Origin: a virus
Length of the DNA stretch: 46,145 bases
Strand: one strand, 5' to 3'
IMG/VR virus record: IMGVR_UViG_3300037087_000773
Part shown: piece after piece, positions 8,716-16,600 of the stretch
Layout of the letters: each line of letters begins with the position of its first letter
Position numbering within the stretch: position 1 is the stretch's first letter
Made by a program: the position numbers and the translations under genes
The notes under the pieces: model-generated
Told to the model about the DNA's origin: nothing
The model's database searches: none
The model's input: only the letters and a program-made list of their open reading frames with translations

Positions 8716-10632
8716 ATGTTAGATTCTATAAGTTTTCAAAATAATGGTTGCCGTTTTAATTATCTTTGGATGGGCGAAAATGGTTTAAATTTAACAGTTT
8801 ATATAATAGATGGATATACAAAATTAATCTATCATAGAGGACAGATGAACACGGCTTACAATTGTGGTTATTATATGGAAACTTCTGTTGATGTAAAACA
8901 TAAAATATTCGCAATATATGATGATTCCGAAAAAGATTTTATATTTAAAATTGAAAATAATTACGGTAGTATTGATTTAAGCGAAATTGATTATAAAGGA
9001 TATTTTAAAAATATAGGTAAGGATATTCCAAGTGATTCAGAATATAAAAATGTTTTAATACCGTTATATGAATTATTTATAGGTAAAACATATGAACACG
9101 ATAGATGTAAAATTAATTCAGGTGATGTTGTTTTTGATATAGGGGCCAATATAGGTGTTTTTACATATCATGCTTTATATAGTGGATGTAAGAAATGTTA
9201 TGTGTTTGAACCAGTTTATAAGTTGACAGACCTAATAGAAAAAAGACTTCAAGATGTTGTATACACCGGCCAAGTTGTGATAGAAACAGCAGCTATTAGT
9301 AGTCAGGATGGTATAGACGAAGAATTTTATATTAGTGAGGGTGGAATTACCTCTTGTTTAGTAAAAAATAACGATTCTATTTTTTATGATGAAAAAATCG
9401 GATTATACCGTCGCCTAACTGTTCCAAATAATGACTTTTATAATAAAGTATATGTACGAACCATTAATATTATGAATTACATAAAACAAAACAATATTGG
9501 AAAAATTGATATGTTGAAATGTGATTGTGAGGGAGGTGAATACGATATGATTGATAGTCTTGATAATGATTATTTATCAAATAACATCGAAAAAATGATA
9601 ATAGAATATCATTATCATTGGAAAGACAAATCAAGATATCATAAGATGTTGGATAAATTAACTCAATGTGGTTTTCAATATACCAACAATAGGGGTGAAG
9701 AATTCGAAAATTTTGATGATGGTATTGTATTCCTTTGGAAAAAAACCAAATTTGGTGAAAATAGATTTCATGTTTACTATGATGATAAAAATAGAATAAA
9801 TATATCAACTTATATGAAAAATTTAGATGCTAAAGTTTCAATATTTGTTGGTGATGAATTGGTTCAATCAACCAAAACATTTTTTAATTTCAATGAATTC
9901 TGGTACAACACAGGTAGGAATATGAATAATCTTGATAATATAAGGGTAGAAATAAAAGATCAAAAAGATAATATAATTTATAAATCATTTCTAAACACTC
10001 AGGAAAAATATTACGGAGAATTCGAAACTGACAGATATATCAGAAATAATTTCTTTCCAGACTTATCATACAAAGGTATAATGGTAGAAGTTGGGGCCGG
10101 TCCACCTGAATTTTATAGTATGTCCAAACACTTCAGAGATAATGGGTGGAGATGTATTTGTGTAGATCCGAATCCGAAATTTGTTCAAGAACACAAACAA
10201 TTGAATAATGAGATATACGAAATAGCCTGTTCATTCGAAGAAAAAGAATCCACCTTTAAAATTGCTCTTCCTAATTGGATTGAAAAAATAGAAAATGAAT
10301 GGGATAAAAATCAAGGGATTAGTTTTTCAGCCTTAGATATAAAATATCCGTTAGATAATGATTTTAGAATCGAAGAAATTCCAGTTAAAGTTAAAAAATT
10401 AGATTCGTTATTGGAAGAATTAAATATTGAAAAAATTGATTTTTTATCTGTGGATACAGAGGGTTGGGAAATAGAAGTGATGAAAGGATTTGATGTGGAT
10501 AAATATCAGCCAAAGGTTATACTTTTAGAAAATGTTTTGCATTTAAAATCATATGAAGAATATATGTCTGAAAGGGGATATGAATTAGAATATATAATAC
10601 GATATAATTATATTTTTATAAAAAAGAATTAA
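8716..10632 (+). CDS. protein with two tandem FkbM-family methyltransferase domains (638 aa)
   Basis: Domain 1: VVFDIGANIGVFTYHAL...CYVFEP...IDMLKCDCEGGEYDMI. Domain 2: MVEVGAGPPEFYSM...CVDPNPKF...IDFLSVDTEGWEIEVMKGF. Both match the FkbM pattern (G-A-N-x-G...E-P...D-x-L-K-x-D-x-E-G-x-E). Confidence 0.7.
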   Translation: MLDSISFQNNGCRFNYLWMGENGLNLTVYIIDGYTKLIYHRGQMNTAYNCGYYMETSVDVKHKIFAIYDDSEKDFIFKIENNYGSIDLSEIDYKGYFKNIGKDIPSDSEYKNVLIPLYELFIGKTYEHDRCKINSGDVVFDIGANIGVFTYHALYSGCKKCYVFEPVYKLTDLIEKRLQDVVYTGQVVIETAAISSQDGIDEEFYISEGGITSCLVKNNDSIFYDEKIGLYRRLTVPNNDFYNKVYVRTINIMNYIKQNNIGKIDMLKCDCEGGEYDMIDSLDNDYLSNNIEKMIIEYHYHWKDKSRYHKMLDKLTQCGFQYTNNRGEEFENFDDGIVFLWKKTKFGENRFHVYYDDKNRINISTYMKNLDAKVSIFVGDELVQSTKTFFNFNEFWYNTGRNMNNLDNIRVEIKDQKDNIIYKSFLNTQEKYYGEFETDRYIRNNFFPDLSYKGIMVEVGAGPPEFYSMSKHFRDNGWRCICVDPNPKFVQEHKQLNNEIYEIACSFEEKESTFKIALPNWIEKIENEWDKNQGISFSALDIKYPLDNDFRIEEIPVKVKKLDSLLEELNIEKIDFLSVDTEGWEIEVMKGFDVDKYQPKVILLENVLHLKSYEEYMSERGYELEYIIRYNYIFIKKN

Positions 10633-10634
10633 AT

Positions 10635-10883
10635 ATGGATACATTCGGTAATTTAATAGATAAACTTACAATTGTCAATCTGAAAATCTGGAATTATGAG
10701 GATATTAAACGAGATTCCAAGGATGATAAAGAAATAGCTGATGCTACCAAAAAAACTAATATACTGAATCAACAAAGAAATGACTTAATTCAGGAAATAG
10801 ATGAAATGTTGATAAATGCTTCTAAAGGAAAAATCAACTTCAAAAATTATAAACAAGGAGAAACAAAAAAATATGGCAAGTAA
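10635..10883 (+). CDS. hypothetical small protein (82 aa)
   Basis: ORF starting 2 nt after the stop of the previous gene. Charged and K-rich. Confidence 0.35.
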   Translation: MDTFGNLIDKLTIVNLKIWNYEDIKRDSKDDKEIADATKKTNILNQQRNDLIQEIDEMLINASKGKINFKNYKQGETKKYGK

Positions 10884-11664
10884 TCTGGTTATTGGAAACA
10901 CTTCTCAATTATCATATTTCTTCCCAGAAGATTATGTCAAGATATCTTCCAGAAATATTGATATGTATTACTTGAAAAATAATTATTGGGATTCAGTTTA
11001 TATAACATTTGCTGAACAAAGAATTCATTCAAATGATGTAAATTATATAACCCCCAATTATTTTTTAACAACAGACATCATAGAAAATCTCACTCTTAAT
11101 TCAAATAAAATTGTAGTTTATACCACTTGTGAACTCTGGAATAATTATGTTGGAAAAGTATCTATTGATGATCCGATTAATTATACCTATTTTAATGATT
11201 ATTGTGATTCAAAATCAATGTTAATGAAACTTATTCAATTCAATAGAAACTCTGGAAAATGGGAAAATGTAATTATGATCCACCCATTCAATTTCAATTC
11301 GACATACAGAAAACAAGAATTTTTATTTGGAAAAATATTTGATTCCATAATCAATGAAAAGAAAATCGAAATCGGTGATACTTATTTTTATAAAGATATA
11401 GTTCACACTAAATATATGGTTGAAAGATCTATTAAATCCACCTCTGATGAAATGGTTGGAAGTGGTAGATTAACCTTTCTCAACGATTTCATCAGGGATT
11501 TATATTATCATTTCGATATGGACTATGATTTCTGGGTAAAAGAAAATTTAGATAAATCATCCCCAGATAGAATGTTTTATCCTAAACAAAAAAACATATA
11601 TACATATACTATGTTATTGAATGATACGAGGAAAGATATATGGGATATTAAAAGAAAAAAATAA
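10873..11664 (+). CDS. hypothetical protein (263 aa), possibly a nucleotide-sugar-modifying enzyme
   Basis: The ATG at 10873 (MASNLVIGNTSQL...) is preferred over the in-frame upstream ATG at 10816, which overlaps the previous ORF. The N-terminus resembles a Rossmann-like start, but no SDR catalytic motif could be confirmed. Confidence 0.5.
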   Translation: MASNLVIGNTSQLSYFFPEDYVKISSRNIDMYYLKNNYWDSVYITFAEQRIHSNDVNYITPNYFLTTDIIENLTLNSNKIVVYTTCELWNNYVGKVSIDDPINYTYFNDYCDSKSMLMKLIQFNRNSGKWENVIMIHPFNFNSTYRKQEFLFGKIFDSIINEKKIEIGDTYFYKDIVHTKYMVERSIKSTSDEMVGSGRLTFLNDFIRDLYYHFDMDYDFWVKENLDKSSPDRMFYPKQKNIYTYTMLLNDTRKDIWDIKRKK

Positions 11665-11665
11665 T

Positions 11666-12028
11666 TTACTTCTCTTTCTCTTCTTCTGGATCACATTCAC
11701 ACTCACAATCACATTCATCCTTTTTTATTCCAAATAATTCATTAATAGTAGTATCTTTTGTTAAAGATTCTAATGCTTCCATTACTTGTGATCTGTTTTG
11801 AATTGGAAGTTCTTCTAATACTTCATAAACACCGTCATTATTAAACTCTTTTTTTTGAATCCATAGAATTTTTTCATTAAACATATCCAAATAAAAAGTG
11901 TTTTTCACAGTCGATTTGAAAAGTATTTTATAACAAGTTTTTGTGGATTCCAAACATTCGATTTCACGAATTATTGTTTTTTTATCATTCTCATGAATCA
12001 ACACCAAATAATTTCTTCCTTTTTCCAT
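11666..12028 (-). CDS. hypothetical protein with acidic Cys/Glu-rich tail (120 aa)
   Basis: C-terminus DECDCECECDPEEEKEK. The start is 2 nt downstream of the stop of the GT gene. Confidence 0.4.
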   Translation of the reverse strand: MEKGRNYLVLIHENDKKTIIREIECLESTKTCYKILFKSTVKNTFYLDMFNEKILWIQKKEFNNDGVYEVLEELPIQNRSQVMEALESLTKDTTINELFGIKKDECDCECECDPEEEKEK

Positions 12029-12032
12029 ATAT

Positions 12033-13004
12033 TTATTTATTTTTTAACCTTTTAAAATCAGGTAATATGTATTGATATATTTCATTTAATTTTAAAGCTA
12101 TATTTGACCAATCAAAATCAATACCTGTTTGACGAGCCTTTACTCTATAATCCTCATAATTATTTATTACATCCTTCACTCCCTCTAAAACTGATTGATT
12201 ATCTAACTTTACTTCTCTCAGACCATTTATTTTCTTTCGATTGGAATAAGTACCAACTACTGGTAATCCACATGATAGAGCCTCTGCAATTGTTAAATTC
12301 GGTAAAGCTGTTTCCACCTCGGAAACATTCATGAATATGGTATGTTCATTTAATGTTTTTATAAGTTCATCCTCAGTTAAATTATCCAAAATGGTTAATT
12401 TGGAATAATCCTTATATTGTGGATAAGCATCGAAAAACCAATAATTTTTTTCAGGGCCAGCTATCGTTATCGGAAGATCCAAATCAATAGCTGCCTGAAT
12501 GGCAAATCGGAAACCCTTTCTATCCACTGGTTGATCTTTTGCTGTACATATAAGTTTGTGAGATTCGACTTTATTATTATGAAATGGTTTATATTTATCT
12601 GAATCCACTCCATGAGAAACATAAAACATTTTATTTCTAAATTCTTTATAAAATTCCATCATCAAATCACAATGTTGAATGACTAAAACAGCATTCTCCA
12701 TCGCCTTTTTATTACTCTCATAAATCCAACTTCCAACACCATCAATATAAGGTGTGGTATCATCGGGGGCAAAGATATAAGGTATCCCTCTTTCGTGTAA
12801 ATGATGTCCCTGATTGTGAACACAAGTATAAACGATATCAAACCTATCGAAATTATAATAGTCGGATAGGACATATTCTACGGTATGGCCCATTTTTTCA
12901 AATTGTATTCTGTAATTATGTAAATATTTTTCGATAGCACCCCAACCAACAGGTGGGATGGGAAGTAATCCCGGAGATAAAAGAGCTATATTTAATTTTT
13001 CCAT
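12033..13004 (-). CDS. glycosyltransferase, GT-B fold (GT1/GT4-like)
   Basis: N-terminus IALLSPGLLPIPPVGWGAIEKYLHNY...GHTV is the typical GT4 N-terminal signature. The C-terminal IAEALSCGLPVVGT matches the EAMAxGxPVVAT motif. Confidence 0.65.
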   Translation of the reverse strand: MEKLNIALLSPGLLPIPPVGWGAIEKYLHNYRIQFEKMGHTVEYVLSDYYNFDRFDIVYTCVHNQGHHLHERGIPYIFAPDDTTPYIDGVGSWIYESNKKAMENAVLVIQHCDLMMEFYKEFRNKMFYVSHGVDSDKYKPFHNNKVESHKLICTAKDQPVDRKGFRFAIQAAIDLDLPITIAGPEKNYWFFDAYPQYKDYSKLTILDNLTEDELIKTLNEHTIFMNVSEVETALPNLTIAEALSCGLPVVGTYSNRKKINGLREVKLDNQSVLEGVKDVINNYEDYRVKARQTGIDFDWSNIALKLNEIYQYILPDFKRLKNK

Positions 13005-13036
13005 TTAATTAATTAATTTATATTTTATATAATAAG

Positions 13037-13058
13037 AATTAATTGGGGCCAATTAATT
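13037..13058. promoter_or_regulatory. palindromic hairpin AATTAATTG-GGGC-CAATTAATT (9-bp stem, 4-nt loop)
   Basis: Read directly from the sequence at 13037-13058. It lies between two co-directional minus-strand genes, 3 nt after the stop of 13061..13501 and 33 nt before the GT start. It contains GGGGCCAAT, a one-mismatch reverse complement of the ATTGACCCC motif described below. Confidence 0.45.
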
Positions 13059-13060
13059 TA

Positions 13061-13501
13061 TTATTTTTGTTCTGGTGATGTTAAATTCCATGATTTGTCA
13101 CCACCATTTTCAACGCTGTCATTTTCAACAGGCTCCCACACTGTTTTACCAAATTTGAGTACCTGTTTTACTTCATTCTTTCGTTCCATTTTATCAAATC
13201 TACTATCCACTTTAGAAAGAACTCCCTTTATTTCTTCTTCAAGAGAAGAATAAAGATTATTTACTGCAGTCGATATACCATCATCAATTTTTGCATCAAT
13301 CCTTTTGATTTGATCGTCATATCTTGTAAGAATTTCACCTACATTGGATGTCAAAGAGTTATTCACAGCTTCGACCATCTCTGCATTTTCTTTTGACAAT
13401 TTCTTCGTTTTCCAAGAAGTTACCGATAACCATACTAAAAGTATGACTACACCAACCCCTAACAATGTGAATAAAACTGTCAATAAAATTGTTTGTATCA
13501 T
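13061..13501 (-). CDS. membrane-anchored coiled-coil protein (146 aa)
   Basis: N-terminal transmembrane segment ILLTVLFTLLGVGVVILLVWLSV, followed by a charged helical region. Confidence 0.45.
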   Translation of the reverse strand: MIQTILLTVLFTLLGVGVVILLVWLSVTSWKTKKLSKENAEMVEAVNNSLTSNVGEILTRYDDQIKRIDAKIDDGISTAVNNLYSSLEEEIKGVLSKVDSRFDKMERKNEVKQVLKFGKTVWEPVENDSVENGGDKSWNLTSPEQK

Positions 13502-13521
13502 AATTGTTTTTTATTGTTTTT

Positions 13522-13533
13522 TGAATTGACCCC
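13522..13533 (+). promoter_or_regulatory. GC-rich 12-mer TGAATTGACCCC in a divergent intergenic region
   Basis: This copy sits in the 144-nt divergent region between 13061..13501(-) and the 1615-aa gene (+). A second copy, TGGATTGACCCC, lies at 24987-24998 in the other divergent region heading glycan cluster II. Confidence 0.4.
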
Positions 13534-13645
13534 AATCAACTCATTTTTGAACTGAATAACTTTTCTATATAAAGTATCAAAAACAATTTGTTTTAACAAA
13601 CTTTAATGATTTTTATACCATATAATGAAAAAATCAAATTAATCA

Positions 13646-16600
13646 ATGAATCAGATTGATGATATTATCAAAAGTAGTAATTCCCAAGCCGGTCAAGATG
13701 TATTTGCTTATTATATATGTGACACGAACAATGGATATTTTATTGATATTGGATCTGGAACTCCAATCGGTATGAATAACACATATTTATTAGAAAAAAA
13801 CGGATGGAATGGATTAAACTTTGATTTTTGGGATAATAGAAAATCATATGAGGAATCCAGACGAACACCTTACATTATGGAAGATGTAAATAAAATAAAT
13901 ATGTCGAATTTTTTAGAAAAAATGAATTCTCCAAAAGTCGTAGATTATTTATCAATAGACATAGATGAAAATACTGATTATTTTCTATCTAATAATTTTC
14001 CTACTGATTACGAATTCAAAGTCATCACATTTGAACATAATTTATATCTCGATGGAGATTCATTGAAAAACAAATCAAAAAATTTCTTCATAGAACACGG
14101 ATATACTTTATTATGTGAAAATGTTGCACTCAGTTTCACATCCAAATATGATGTTTTTGAAGATTGGTACATCAATGAAAAATATATTGATATTAAGAAA
14201 TTCGAATTTTTGAAATCTTGTGGTTTACACTTTACTGAAATAATAAACAAAATAAAAGAACATGAATTGAATAATATAAAAATTTGTCTTTATACCATGT
14301 GTATAAATGAAGAAGAATTCCTGCCATTTTTCTTGGATTATTACACAAATTATGTCGGGGTGGATAAAATAGTTATTTATGATGGTGGTTCAACAGATAA
14401 ATCACATAGTATAATAAATAGTTATCCGAATACGGAATTAATACTGGAGCATGATGATAAAACTGATTCCTTCAGAGATCTTAGGATATGGAATGAAGAA
14501 TGGAAAAAATGTCGTAATGATTATGATTGGATGATTGTATGTACACCAGATGAATTCTTATATCATCCAGATTTAAGGAATAAATTAATCGAATATAAAA
14601 AAAATGGAATTACCATCCCAAATGTAGAGGGATTTGATATGATATCTTTGAATCATCCTAATTATGATAAAGGAAATTATTTACCAAACCAAATAAAAAG
14701 AGGAATAAAAGATTCAACATTCTTAAACAAAAATATCATATTCAATCCAAAAGAGATTGATATTAATTATCATGTCGGTTGTCATGGTTGTAATCCCACT
14801 GGAAATATCAAATTCAGTGAAGAATATGATTTCAAATTACTTCATTATAAATGGATATCTTATGATTTTCTAATGAGAGATTCTAAAAGAAAATATGAAA
14901 GATTATCTGATAAAATGTTAGAAACAGGGGCTGGTGGACATTATAAAGTCTTTATTCAAAAAACATATGAAGAATATGTTCAAAGATATAATCAAACGAT
15001 ACAGGTTCTTGAAGAAGAAAAAGATATAAATCTTTTTTGGCATTGTTATCTCATTAATAATTGGGTGAAAATATTCAAAAATCAATTAAATAAAATTGTA
15101 GATAGTGGATTATATGAAAAACTTAATACCATTCATTTACATTATTTTGGAAAACCAGAAGAAGTTAAAATTTTATCAGAACTAATTTCAAGATATGATA
15201 AAATAAAGTCTTATGAAATAGAAGATAATTTTTATGAATATCCGACAATAAAACATATTCATAAATTTTCATCTGTAAACAATTCGTATGTTGGTTATAT
15301 TCATTTAAAAGGTGTCTGGAGTTCCATGAATAAAGAAAAAAATATTGAGGCTATAAATAGTTGGAGAAAATGTTTAGAATATTTCAACATAGAAAAATGG
15401 GATAACTGTATATCTAAGATAAATGAGGGTTATGAAGTGGTAGGGGCTTTATATAATTACAATGAAAAAGATCCCTTATTTAGTGGAAATTTTTGGTGGA
15501 CTACAACAGATTATATCAAAAAATTAAAATATCCTCAATATGATCCTTCAAAAAATCCATATCCAATGGATGATGGTACTTGGTGTAGGGTAGAATGTGA
15601 GAAATGGATAAATACAATACCGAATAAATTTTACAATTTTTATATACCAAAAGATTATGGTTTTTATCAAGTACCGATAGACGAAAATGATTATAAGGAT
15701 AAAAAGACAATAAATCATATTTATGAAAATATAGAGGGATGGTTTGATTTCGAAAAAATTTATTCTGATATGGTTAATAGATTTCCAAATGGATCTCATT
15801 TTGTTGAAATAGGTTCTTGGTTAGGAAAATCCACTTCTTATATGGGAGCTGAAATATCTAATTCGGGAAAAAAGATAAAATTCGATTCTATTGACACATG
15901 GGAGGGATCAAAAGGAAGTTGGGATGAACAAGTCCAGAATGACACAATAAATAATTTGAATATATCTTTATATCAAAAATTCTTAGAAAATGTAAGACCA
16001 GTTAAAGATTATATTAATCCAATCCAAGGATGGTCATATGATGTTGTTAATAGATATGAGGATAAATCCCTTGATTTTGTTTTTATCGATGGTGCTCATG
16101 ATTACGAATCTGTTAAAAAAGATATAAATGATTGGTATCCGAAAGTAAAAGATAATGGTGTTATAGCGGGTCATGATTATAATATTCACGATTGGCCGGG
16201 GGTCGTTCAAGCGGTAAATGAATTTTTTAATGAGGGAAATGTCTCAAGTGTCAAAAAAGATACTTGGTCTTGGATTGTAGATAAAAAAGAATTCGAAGAT
16301 TCGAAACAAAAAAATCATAAAATATCAATCATTATTCCGACATATAATCGTCCTGATATTTTAACAGAATGTATAAATTCAGTTTTAAAACAAAATTATG
16401 AAAATTTAGAAATACTTATTTGCCATGATGGTTTTTTTTCTGAATTTTATTGTTATGATTATAAGACCACAGACAAGAGAATATTCTATTACAATACAGA
16501 CAATCAATACAACAATCTGGGGGCGGCACAAAGAAATATGATGATATCAAAAGTAACTGGTGATTATATTCTTTTTTTAGATGATGATAATATTCTTTAT

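Noticed and set aside
10816-10872. Upstream in-frame ATG at 10816 for the 10873 gene
   Set aside because: It would overlap the preceding 82-aa ORF by 68 nt and add a K-rich extension. The ATG at 10873 (MASNLVIG...) gives the more typical start. The choice remains uncertain.
10873-11664. Calling this the missing 4-reductase/epimerase partner of gmd (GMER/Rmd/RmlD-like)
   Set aside because: Only a vague Rossmann-like N-terminus is present. No G-x-x-G-x-x-G and no Y-x-x-x-K at the proper spacing could be found, so no functional call is made.
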